A stretch of 63,964 nt of DNA, counting the filler, from Chiloscyllium plagiosum (taxonomy: Eukaryota): assembly GCF_004010195.1 (NCBI RefSeq). It is 5 parts of one record of this genome, joined end to end, with 100 filler letters (N's around TTAATTAATTAA, not from the genome) between each part and the next. Parts side by side here need not be neighbours in the genome. Positions count along the whole stretch, not along the records: positions 42,020 to 52,721 come from NC_057717.1; positions 52,822 to 61,056 come from NC_057717.1; 3 more parts are not named here. One strand, given 5' to 3'. Below are positions 49,820-61,056 of this stretch, in pieces; the stretch's first letter is position 1, and the number at the start of each line of letters is the position of its first letter. A program made the translations under genes and the position numbers. The notes under the pieces are model-generated. The model saw only the letters and a program-made list of their open reading frames with translations. It searched no databases and was not told where the DNA came from.

Positions 49820-52721
49820 TTGGTTCACTCTGTGTTCGATCCAACACAAGATAATGATAGCTGATCCTCTGTCACCACACCATACTCTTGTCCTTTCCAC
49901 ATACTTTTAGTGTCTAGAAATCCTAAGTTATATGCAGTGCTTTTACTTCCACAGCCATAAGTGATAGAGAATTCCGCATGGTCACCAGTCTCTGAGTGCA
50001 GATATTTATTCCTGTCACAATGCTGAGAGGCTTTCTGTATCTATCAATGTGTCCCCTTGTTTTAGATATCGCAGCCAGAAGAGTTATCATCCCTGCTTCC
50101 AACCTCTCTCACTCTGTCAGTATTTTAGATATTTCACTGAGATCTCCACACACATTTTACTAAACCCCATGGAATACAGGACCAGTTGACAGGAATTCTG
50201 ATACCTCTACGTGCCTGTCATCCCAGAGACCAGTCTTGTCATCCTTCACTGCATTCCCTCAATGTCAGCTTTGTCCTTTATTCGGCAAAAAGCCTAAACT
50301 GCCGTGAATAATGCACAATGTTATTGAGGCTCTGTACAGCTACAGTAAGACATTCCTGTCGTCAAATCCCCCTGAAATAAAGGTCAACGCTTCATTTACC
50401 TTCTGACCTGCTTTCGGTTCCTCGATTTTGTGTTTCGTTACTGGTGCACGGGGGGATCCAATCCCTTTCAATGTTACAGCTACCCACTTGGGTGGTTCTA
50501 TGTACACTGGTTAGCTTGTCAATAATATTTCCCGTATTAACTTCTCGCTTCAGAACTCACTGCCTTGCATGGACTTTGAAGGAATGTGAAGAAGGATTCA
50601 GAAAATGAAACTAAGTCGCTTGAAACATCAAAATCTTTCGACCAATTTACTTTTAAATGATAGGCTACCATTCTATTTTTCCCAAAAAAAGTGTCCAACG
50701 TAACATCTATCCACATTGTTTTTCATCCGCCACGTATTTGCCAATTCATTCCAATTGTCTTAATCACCTTGGAGCATTTTCACATCTTCCTCATCCACTT
50801 ACATTCCGACATCGTTTAGTGCTGTCAGCAGACTTGGAAACATTGCCTTTGATTCACTTAACCAAATGTTTGATACTTATTGTGAATAGCTGAGGCCCTA
50901 TCACTGATCACTGTGATACTACACTATCCTTCCAGTCAAAACAAAAATATTTTATTCATATTCACTATTTCCTGTCAGTTGTTCCATTCTAAAACCTTGT
51001 TTATACATTAATAATAATATTTGAGTTTGCACACTCGGCTTGAGATTTCATCAAAAATCTCTCTAAAAATTCAAATGCAATGCAGTCATTGCATTTTCGC
51101 AATTTGTCGACTAGTCACCTTCTCAAATATTATTCTCATTTCGTAAATCTGTTGTTGCGTTTGCCTATGCCCTTTATTTTCAGTCCCAATAAATTCTCCA
51201 ACACCGTTGATTTACTAATTTAATTCTAATCCCTTTTCCACTACAGACTATTGTTTTCAAGTATTGCAGAAATGTTTGTTTGTTTTGTTTCTTCTGTGAA
51301 GACAGAATTGAAATAGTTGCTTCATAGTTGCTCCGTTTCCCTGTTCTCCATTCTGCATCCCCCGGTTTCAGACTGTAAGGATGCTGCATTTGTTGTCTCT
51401 TACGTTGTCCATTGACAAACTTTCAGACACTGTTTTCGATCACTCTTTTAACCCTTGTTAACATATTTTTCAAACGTCCAGCAATTACTGTTTTACCCTG
51501 CTCAATGATTGATTTCCCACGATCAATAATTCATAGAAGCATATGTCTGTACCATCAGACATACAGCACGGTCTACATTAGTCTTACGTTGACACATAAC
51601 GTCCATATCCGTGAATGTTATGACACTTCAAGTGCTCGTCCAAGTACCTTTTACAGTTTGTGAGGTTACTGTGACAACTACATTCTCAGGAAGTGAATTT
51701 CGGATCCCAACACCCTCTGGGTGAAAACAAACAATCCACAAATCCTTTCCAAGCATCAAGCCCTCCATGTTAAACTGTTTCTGTCATTTTCTTGTCCTTT
51801 TGACGAAAAGGAACAGCTGCTGTCTATTCACCCTATCCATGCACCTCATTGTCTGATATTTTCATGTGATATCACACTCAGTGTTCTCTACTCCAGAGCA
51901 AAAAATCCGAGCTGATTAAGCCTCTCGTCACAGTGGATATTCTCCATTACCGAAGGACATCCTGATGAATTTTCTCTGCACTCACTCTCCTGCAACTGTA
52001 TTCTTCATATAACATCCAGTCAAATTCAAGGATCTGTGGAGAAGAACTTTATGTGTTTCTTAGTGTTCTGCCAGTCAAAAAGTATTCATCTGTCTAGTAC
52101 CTTTGTTCCATATTGCATCCATTCATATTTATCTGTGTTAATTTCTGTCTAACATTGACTATCCATCTGATCATTCCATGCATATCTTCGTGTAACATAA
52201 GACCTTCCTCCTCACTGCAAAACACCCGGGCAATCTTTGTGACAAAAACAAATTTAATATTCAAATCCTCCCCACATTCTCCACCTTCACATCTCAGAAT
52301 TTATAAATACCACAACAAATAAGGGACGCTGCACTGATCCATGTGGTACAACTGGGGACACAACCCCCAGTCACACAAGCAGTCTTCGACCAACATCCTC
52401 TGTCTCCTGCCACTGAAACAACTTTGAATGTAACTTTCCAAGTTGCTCTTGAAACGACGACACTTTAATTGGTTTATCAGTTTCCCGTGTCAGAAGGAGA
52501 CAGAGTTGTGAAGAAAAAAGGCTTGTAGCACACAGGCCTTCATTCGTCAGGACATGGATTGTAGAAATTTGAAAGTTATCTTGCAGTTATGCAGGACTCA
52601 GGTGTAGCCACACCAGGAGTCTTATATTCAGTTTTTGGTCACCTTGCTATAAGGAAGATGTTATTATTCTGGAAAGAACACAGAAGAAGTTTAAAATGAT
52701 GTTGCCAGGACTTAAGCGTCT
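49820..52721. mobile_element. Old, decayed CR1-like fragments (mostly -; + strand at 52490-52721)
   Basis: Residual RT motifs such as gtgctgtcagcagacttgg (SKSADST-like on -), gatccatgtggtacaac and ttttggtcaccttgctataaggaagat. Confidence 0.6.
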
Positions 52722-52821
52722 NNNNNNNNNNNNNNNNNNNNNNNNNNNNNNNNNNNNNNNNNNNNTTAATTAATTAANNNNNNNNNNNNNNNNNNNNNNN
52801 NNNNNNNNNNNNNNNNNNNNN

Positions 52822-53120
52822 TTCCTGGATGCTGCCTGACCTGCTGTGCTGTTCCAGCAATAAAGTTTCAGCTTTGATCTCCCGCGTCTGCAGACCTCAC
52901 TTTCTCCTCGAAGATTTCAACCTACTGCGAATCCTCTTACAAGGATGCCTTCCTTGAAGAAGCTCTCTGCCTCTAACACTCTCTGCTCATTCCTGAAGAA
53001 GGGCATGTGCCCGAAACGTCGAATCTTCTGTTCCCTAGATGCTGCCTGACCTGCTGTGCTGTTCCAGCAATAAAGTTTCAGCTTTGATCTCCAGCGTCTG
53101 CAGACCTCACTTTCTCCTCA
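52822..53120 (+). mobile_element. Tandem Penelope pseudo-LTR copies
   Basis: gatgctgcctgacctgctgtgctgttccagcaataaagtttcagctttgatctcc..gtctgcagacctcactttctcctc occurs twice. Confidence 0.85.
52989..53024 (+). ncRNA. Minimal type-I hammerhead ribozyme, best-preserved copy
   Basis: attc CTGAAGA a gggc atgt gccc GAAA cgtc|gaat. Stem I attc/gaat, 4-bp stem II, palindromic ACGT stem III and GUC triplet. Confidence 0.85.
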
Positions 53121-53479
53121 GATATCACAGCCTCACATTCTCTCATGGATTTAATAGTAGCTGCGTATTTGAGCAAGAGTAGGATATTCAGTCCCTCAAA
53201 CCTGGTTCACCATCCTGATTGTGCAATATTAATCACCAGAGCCGCAGGAATGTGATTGATTCAACTGTTTTCTGAAATTTCAGCTTTGATCTCCAGCGTC
53301 TGCAGACCTCACTTTCTCCTCAGATATCACAGCCTCACATTCTCTCATGGATTTAATAGTAGCTGCGTATTTGAGCAAGAGTAGGATATTCAGTCCCTCA
53401 AACCTGGTTCACCATCCTGATTGTGCAATATTAATCACCAGAGCCGCAGGAATGTGATTGATTCAACTGTTTTCTGAAA
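53076..53479. repeat. 202-bp tandem duplication, apparently identical copies
   Basis: tttcagctttgatctcc...tgttttctgaaa at 53076-53277 and 53278-53479. Confidence 0.93.
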
Positions 53480-54009
53480 TGGACGAGCAAGCCACTTAGT
53501 TTTCTCCATCTCTACACAGTCTCAACAGAGAAATTAATCTGCACAGACCACTTAGTATCGACATAAGCACTGAAAAGACAATTGCAGAAACAACCTTTTT
53601 GACCCAGCATAGTTCTTCGTACAAACATCTGGGAGCTTGTGTCCAACTTGGGATAGCTATCTCACAGTTTAGTCAAGCAACAGCCTGACATAGTCTTTCT
53701 TATGGAATCACATTATCTAGACAATTTCTCAGCCAGTATCATCACCATCCCTGTATGCATCCTGTTCTACGTTCCACCCTGCCTTGGCTAATGAGTCAGT
53801 ATTCCTTCTTGTTGAACATTGTTTGGAAGAAACAGTGAGGGAGGCAATAGGACAAATTTAATTTGGTTGGGGCATTTCTGTGTCCATCTCCAGGATCGGC
53901 TTGGCAGGAGCACTACTGAACACAAAGGTTGGATTGTAAAGGACAAAGCTGCTAGAATGGGTTGCAGCAGGCGTGGAGAGAATCAAGAAGAGGGAAAAGC
54001 ATATTGGTC

Positions 54010-55130
54010 CTCAACATTATACATTGACAACTGCGCGGTCAAATTCCGCCTCAATTGCGTTTGCAAATTTGCTGACGACACCACATTTGTAGGTCAGAAT
54101 TCAAACAACAGCAAGACAGTATACCAAAAAGAGAGTTTCGCAGAATGGTGTAAAGATAGCTCACTCTCCATCAATATCAGAAAAAATTAAGGAGCCATTC
54201 ATTGACCTTTAGAAGTGGAGTACAGGACACACACTTTTCTTCATGAATGATGCTGAGGCAGAGAAAGTACAGAGTGTCAAGTTCCTGGAAGAAATGATCA
54301 ATTATAATTTGTCCTGCTCTAGCCATGCTGATGCAACTGTCAAGAAAGTTCAAAATTAAAAATCGCACACCACCAGGTTATAGTCCAACTGGTTTAATTG
54401 GAAGCAGTAGTTTCTGGAGTGCCACTTCTTCATCAGGTGGTTATGGAGGACACAATTGAAAGACACACAATTTAGAGCAGAAGTTTACAATGTGATGTAA
54501 CCTAAATTATACATTGAAAATTATCTTGATTGTTTGTTGACTCTTTTGTTTGCTTGAATACTATGATAGTTTCACTTCTTAGTATGCTACACAACCACCT
54601 GATGAAGGAGCGGCGCTTCGAAAGCCAGTGCTTTCAATTAAACCTGTTGGATAATAAACTGTTGTTCTGTGATTTTTACCTGTTTGCACCCGGTCCAACA
54701 CCGGCATTTCCAAGTCAAGAAAGTACAACAACTTCTTGGCTTCCACGGGAGGCAAAGGAAAGTTGGCATGTCCACAAAGACGTTTACCAATTTTATAGAT
54801 GAATCGTAGAAACCAGCCTCTCAAGAGGCAACACAGTGTGGTTTGACATCTGCTCCTCCATACCACAAGGGACTGCAGGAATTTGGCAGCACAGTCCATT
54901 CCATTTTTTTTAAACCAGTCATCCATTCATTGACTCCATACATGCGTCCTGCTGCCGCGGGAAAACAACTAACGTAAGACCCGCTCCCACTCAGGTTATA
55001 TTTTCTTCGAACCTGTTCCGTCAGGCAGAAGATATAAACGTTTGAATGCACACGCAAACAAATTCAAGAACAGTTTCTTCCCGTATTTTGTTAGACCTTT
55101 GAACGGACTCCTCAAATGTTAATTTTGATC
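54010..55130 (+). mobile_element. Rex1/Babar-like (or L2-like) LINE RT 3' fragment
   Basis: KFADDTTFVG...EWCKDSSLSINIRK and a VKKxQQ...RKVGMS segment split by the palindromic insertion. Confidence 0.75.
54354..54717. mobile_element. Palindromic hammerhead-bearing mini-element with ~11-bp TSD
   Basis: Inverted arms aaaaatc.cacaccaccagg...ttcatcaggtggtt / aaccacctgatgaagg...gtgattttt. Flanks agaaagttcaa / agaaagtacaa. Confidence 0.85.
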
Positions 55131-55283
55131 TCTCTCAGCACATTCCCTGCAGCTGAAATGGGGATCGCCACAGAAAGCTGCTGCACCAGCTACCTACCTC
55201 GCTTAACTTTCCTCGAGCTAACCCATCTATGAGACTGTATCTGAGAATTTCCCTCCCTTCCTAGAACTGTCATCCATCGCACA

Positions 55284-55548
55284 GAACATAGAACATAGAA
55301 CATAGAACAATACAGCACAGAACAGGCCCTTAGGCCCACGATGTTGTTGCGAACATTTGTCCTAGCTTAAGCACCTTCCATGTACCTATCCAATTGCCGC
55401 TTAAAGGTCACCAAAGATTCTGACTCTACCACTCCAACAGGCAGCGCATTCCATGCCCCCACCACTCTCTGGGTAAAGAACCCACCCCTGACATCTCCCC
55501 AATACCTTCCACCCTTCACCTTAAATTTATGTCCCCTTGTAACACTCT
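55284..55548 (-). mobile_element. Short 5'-truncated young CR1 (same subfamily as the 43263 tail)
   Basis: RGHKFKVKGGRYWGDVRGGFFTQRVVGAWNALP and three agaacat tail units. Confidence 0.93.
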
Positions 55549-56386
55549 GAAACATTATACTTAACACTCGGTTTGCGACCCTTATGCACTTTTTATGGTC
55601 TGATCCGTCTGTACAGCAGGAAAAACAACACTGTTCATTGCATCCTAGACATGTGACAACAATATTATCAAACTCAAACTCATCCTTACTTATATGCCAG
55701 CTGCTGATGCATCTGTCCATGATGGTAAATAGTATCTGTAAGAGTGACTAACGCACATTCCTTGGGTAGATGAAGTACTGCCTTAACATTGCGATCTTCT
55801 TCGTCGTGTTCTTTTGCACACAGACTTTGTTAAATGTGACAGACTTTGAACAGATTTAGCACCTCAAGCCTGTGCATCCATGAGACGCAGTGGGCATCAA
55901 TAGCAGCAGAGCTGTACTTCAGCACAACTGGAAACCTCATGGCCGGCATATCATGACCTCAGTCATGATCCTCAAGCCACGGAATCCACCTTTATTCGAT
56001 GGAGAGTGCACAAGGGCATGCCAGGAGAGGGTCAGGCATAATTAAAATTGAGGTGTCCACCTGGTGAAGGTACCAAATAGGACTAATTGCACACCAAACA
56101 ACGTAAGCAGCAGATGATAGAATTAAGCATGTCCACAATCAACAGATTAGATCTAAAGTCTACACCCCAACTACATCAATTTCGAACGGGAAGTACAGTT
56201 GAATAACTCATTGGAGGAGGAGGCTCGACAAGTATCTTAACCCTCAATGATGGAAGAGACCAATGCATCAGCGGAAATGATATAACTGAAGCATTTGCAT
56301 CAATCTTCCAACTGAAGTGCCAGATGGATGTTCTACCAAGGCCTTCTTCACTGGCCCCAGCATCAAAGATATCAGTCTTTATACAA

Positions 56387-56613
56387 AGTTAAAAATCACA
56401 CATCACCAGGTTATAGCCCAACAGGTTTAATTGGAAGCACACCAGCTTTCAGAACGACGCTCCTTCATCCTTCATGCTTCATCACTATCACCTGATGAAG
56501 GAGCGTAGCTCCGAAAGCTAGTGTGCTTCCAATTAAACCTGTTGGACAATAACCTGGTATTGTGTGATTTTTAACTTTGTACACCCCAGTCCAACACCGG
56601 CATCTCCAAATCA
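56387..56613. mobile_element. Palindromic hammerhead-bearing mini-element with 13-bp TSD
   Basis: ~80-bp inverted arms; TSD agtctttatacaa at 56374-56386 and 56614-56626. Confidence 0.9.
56489..56523 (+). ncRNA. Minimal hammerhead ribozyme motif
   Basis: cac CTGATGA a ggagc gta gctcc GAAA gcta|gtg. Stem I cac/gtg, 5-bp stem II, palindromic AGCT stem III. Confidence 0.8.
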
Positions 56614-57354
56614 AGTCTTTATACAATTCGATTCACTCCATGTGATATCATGAAATGTTTGAATGCAGAGGATCATGCAAAGGTTTTGGGCCCTGATAAT
56701 GTTCCAGCAATAGTACTGAAGACTTGTGTTCTTCCAGTACAGTCGCAGCACAGGAATCTACCTGACAAAATGAAAAATTGCCCATATATGTCCTGTACTC
56801 GAAAAGCAGGACACATCCAACCAGGTCAATTACGTCCCATTTTTCTACCCTTGATAAGCAGTTTAATGATAGTAGGCATCATCAACAGTGCTTATCAAAT
56901 AGTGCCTGCTCAACAATAACCTGCTCAGTGAAGCCCTTTTTGAGTTGCGCCAGGGCCACTAAGCTCATGACCTTATTGCCGCCTTCTTTCAAACATAGGC
57001 AAGTGGTTCGAGAGGTAACGTGAGAGTGACACGCTTGTCATCAAGACTGCATTTGACTCGGTTTTGCATCAAGGAGCAGAAGCACAAGTGTAACCATTGA
57101 GTATCAGAGCAAGCTCTCCGTTTCTTGGAGTCAATCCTGGCAAATAGGATGATGGTTGAGATTGGTGGAGGTCAGTCATCTCGGATCTCGTACATTACTT
57201 CAGGAGTATATTTGCATAGTGTCCTCGGCCAATAATCTCCAGCCGCTTCTTCTACGACCTTCTCTCCATCACATGGTCAAACGTGGGGATGTTTGTAACT
57301 GAATGCACAATGTTCAGCACAATTTACAGCAGCACGTTTCGATTCCACTATCAG

Positions 57355-57632
57355 ATGACTGTCTGTGTGGAGTGTGCATATTCTTCCTTCCTCTGCATGA
57401 ATTTCCTCTGGCTGCACCGATTTCCTCCCATAGTCCAAAGCTTAGGACAGATGAGTTGGCCATTGTAAATTGGTCACAGTGTTCAGGGATGTGTAGGCGA
57501 CTGGAAATTAGCCATGGGAAAAGCGGTATTCTCGGAACAGTGTGGTGGAGTGTGTTGGGCAGGGTTACTCTTAAGATGGTCAGTGTAGATGTGATGAGCT
57601 GAATGGCCTGCTTTAACACGGTAATATTCTAT
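57355..57632 (+). mobile_element. Headless HE1-like SINE
   Basis: gactgtctgtgtggagtgtgcatattct...tttcctcccatagtccaaag...gctgaatggcctgcttt. Confidence 0.8.
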
Positions 57633-58479
57633 GAGTTTTCATTTTTCAAATACTTAAGTAGTCCATGTGCAAGAGTTGGGCTACATCCAGGCTTGTGCTG
57701 CCATGTCCCAAGTAGCATTGCGTAGCCACACAAATGCCAGGAAATGACTGTCACCATTAGGAGAAAATCTCACGACTGCACCCTGACTTTCAATGGCGTT
57801 CCCATTTCAATTTTCGACATAATTGTGATTATCAATCCCGTGGCATCAACGTTCTTTCGGTTATCATTGACCAGAATCTCAACTGGACATGCACATAAGG
57901 ACAGTTGCTACATGTGCAGGTCAGAGGCTCGGAATACTGTGATGAACAACTTACCTCCTGACTCAGTAAAACATCTACAACACCATAAGTCAGGAGTGTG
58001 ATGAACTAATCTCTATTTCTTTGCTTGTATGCATTTACAACAACACTGAGGCAGCTTGACACCATCCAGCACAAAGCAGCGTGCCTGATTGGCATGGCGT
58101 CCACAAGCGTCCAGTGACACTCAGTAGCAGCAATGAGTTTCATTACAAGATGCAGTGTGAAACTTCAGCAAAGATCTTTAGATAGCTCCTTCCCAACAAA
58201 CTATAATTTTTGCCAAGATAGTGAAGGGCATCAGATACATCAAAACTTCAGCACGTGCAAGTTCCTCACCAAGACACACACCAGCCTGACTTGAAAATAT
58301 GTCGTTGTCCTTCACCGTTGCTGAATCAAAATCCAGGAGTCGGTTTTTCAGGGACTGCAGCAGTTCAAGAAGCCTGTTCTGCACCATCCTCTCAAGTGCG
58401 ACTAGGAATGGGTAATAAATGCTGTCCAGCCAGAGACGCCCTTGTCGCATAAACAGAAGACATTGATGACAAGCGACTG

Positions 58480-59100
58480 CGGAAGATTATGGGAGGCGAT
58501 CTGATTCACTGCAATGCAGGAGTGAGTGCAGAAGAGCTGGTGTCAGTGAACAGTGTGAGGGCGACCAACAAAGTCTGAGAAGCAAATGAAGAGGACTCTG
58601 ATAGGAGTTGTCTCAGCCACTGCCCAGAAACAAATCACAAAGCAAACTAGCAGAGTGGCCATTTTAGAGCGGCCAATTTGAGAATGACTGCTTTGTGTTT
58701 GAAATTTTGCTGGACGTCTAAGTGTCGGCAGAAATGGATATCGGGCTATGGTTAGGAGGACGACCATCAGCGAAGTAAGGGAGTCGAACGAGGAAGGTAG
58801 GAGCATAACGGTAAAGTAAAAGGAAACTGAACTGTGATTTCACAGGCAGCAGGTATGTCTGTGGCTGTTGAATGGTAAGTAGCTTTTCTTCTGTGTTATT
58901 TTCACTTGGCTTTGCTTCCACTATTAAGGTGACTTAAAGGTTTAAATAATGGCAGAAGGTCCCAAGGTCGTGTCATACTCCTCCTGTATAATGTCTGAAT
59001 TGAGAGATGCTTCTGATTATCTTGACCACTTTATGACCATCTGCAACTTCTGTCTGACAGCTTTACAGGTCTGGAGCTGTTGTCAGGTTCACTGATGGAT
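58480..59100 (+). mobile_element. Decayed CR1 5'UTR/ORF1 N-terminus
   Basis: MAEGPKVVSYSSCIMSELRDASDYLDH...LQLLSDSFTGLEL resembles the ORF1 zinc finger/zipper seen at 1695-1982. Confidence 0.5.
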
Positions 59101-60625
59101 TCATAGAGTCCTGCAGAACGGAGAAAGGCTCTTCTGCCCGAACTGGTCCATCCGAACAAAATGCCACTCACGCAAAACCTAGTTCCCTGAACTTACCCCG
59201 TATCTTTCTAAACCTTTGCTATCCATACACTTGTCCAAACGCCTTTTGAATGTTGTTAATGCACCCGCATCAACCATTTCTGCTGGCACCGTATTCAATA
59301 TGCGTAGCTCCCTCTGTGTAAAAGACTTGCCCCTCAAGTTCCCTTTTATTCTTTCCCCTCTAACATTGCACAATACTCCAAGTGCGGCCTCACCAACGCC
59401 CTGTACAACTGCAAAATAACTTCCACACCCAGTGTCCTGACAGATGAACGCCAGTGTGCCAAAAGCTTTCTTCACTGCGCTGTCTACTTTTGACTCCACT
59501 TTCAAAGAACCGTGCACCTGAACTCATATACCCCCTGTTCACTGCATTCCTTAAGACCGAAACATTCGCCATAGAACTCCTACCCTAATGTGACTTTGCA
59601 AAATGCAATACCTCACACTTATCTATATTATCTATATTTACCTATATTTGCAATTTCTCAGCCAACTTCCCCAGTTGATCCAGATCCTGCTGCAATTTCT
59701 GATACCTTTTCTCACTGTCCATGATACTGTGTATTTTCGTGTATTGTGCAAACTTACTAATCATGCCTTGTACATTCCCACCCAAATCATTCAAAAACAT
59801 AGGCTAATTAAGTCTCTCGACCAGGCGAATACGTGAAGCGAGAGAAAAGATTGCTGCGCTACTGGTGATGATCTTTGTATTCTCACTGTTGACTGGAATA
59901 GGGACAGATGATTGGAGGGTGGCGACTGTTATTCCCTTGTTCAGAAAAGGGAAAAAAAGAAATTCATGGGAACTGCAGACCAGTCAGTCTAATGTCGTTG
60001 ATGAGCAAATTATTGGAGAGGACTTTGAGAGAAAGGATTACTTGGAAAATGTTAGATGATTACAGATGTTCAACATGGATTTGTGAAAGATAGTTCACGG
60101 TTCACACACTTTGTTGAATTATTTGAGGACATGATGCAACACATTGATGAAGCTCGAGCAGTGGATTTGGTGTAAATGGATTTTGCCGAGGCGTTTGAAA
60201 ACCTTTCCCACGTTAGGCTCATTTACAAACTATGTAGACGTGGCACACGGAAATCTGGCTGTGAATATAGAATTGGTTGACGCATAGAAGACAGTGAGTG
60301 TTAGTCGATGGAAAAAAGATTCTGCCTGGAGCTTGTTGATTGGTAATATTCCACAGAGATCGCTTTTGAGATCTCTGTTCTTTGTGCGTTTTATAAATAT
60401 TTTGGATGAGGACGTGGATGGGTGAATTATAAATTTTACCGATGACATGACGTTTGATGGAGTTTTGTAATGTGTAGAGTTGGAGGTTGCAGCGGGACAT
60501 TGACAGGATGCAGAACTTGTCTGATAAGTGGCAGATGTAGTTCAATCTTGAAAAGTGTGAAATGATTCATTTTGGAAGGTCGAATGTGAATACAGAATAC
60601 AGGGTTAAACGCAGGATTCTTGGCT
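59100..60625. mobile_element. CR1 RT fragments: 59100-59790 (-) and 59790-60625 (+)
   Basis: HGSLKVESKVDSAVKKAFGTLAFI (-). DDWRVATVIPLFRKG and CRPVSLMSLMSKLLE (+). Confidence 0.88.
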
Positions 60626-60629
60626 TCGT

Positions 60630-61056
60630 CGTTCTGGACTCGGTCAGACTATTCAAAATATTTTGACGCAGGGAGCTTCGACTAGACCTTTGCAATTTGT
60701 TTCGTTCGGTGAAAATTACCCTGAGTAAATAAGCCTTTTTAAACATAAAAACAAACATAAAATGATACACTGAGAAACAAAGAACAGAATAAAAAAGACC
60801 AACAGAACTCCGTCTATCCAAACTTGATTCCTTTCTACTGTTTGGAATATATGCAACAGTCCCAGTAAACAACCCTACCTTAAAAAAACCTTAATAAATT
60901 GAACAAATGCTTACACGCTGAAGATAGAAGGGCAGGAGCAGAGAGAGAGCACGTCCACACAGATGAACTCCAAACTAGTTCTGAACTGAACTGCTCAACT
61001 ACAGAGCTGACCACTCCCCTTTCATTATACAGATAGTTTCTAAAACATGACCACTT
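60630..61056. mobile_element. Unclassified insertion, possibly an LTR fragment, truncating the CR1
   Basis: Abrupt switch from CR1 sequence at about 60625; runs into the gap. Confidence 0.3.

Larger units (their letters stand above)
55860..58445 (+). mobile_element. Old Jockey/CR1-group LINE ORF2 remnant (distinct family) hosting later insertions
   Basis: KVLGPDNVPAIVLKTC, RPIFLPLISS, IKTAFDSVLHQG-like and GV...SVLG remnants. Confidence 0.7.

Noticed and set aside
54354..56613. The palindromic elements as DNA-transposon MITEs
   Set aside because: The inverted arms are not both terminal (unique 3' tail), TSD lengths differ and they contain hammerhead motifs, which fits Penelope-derived retroelements better.
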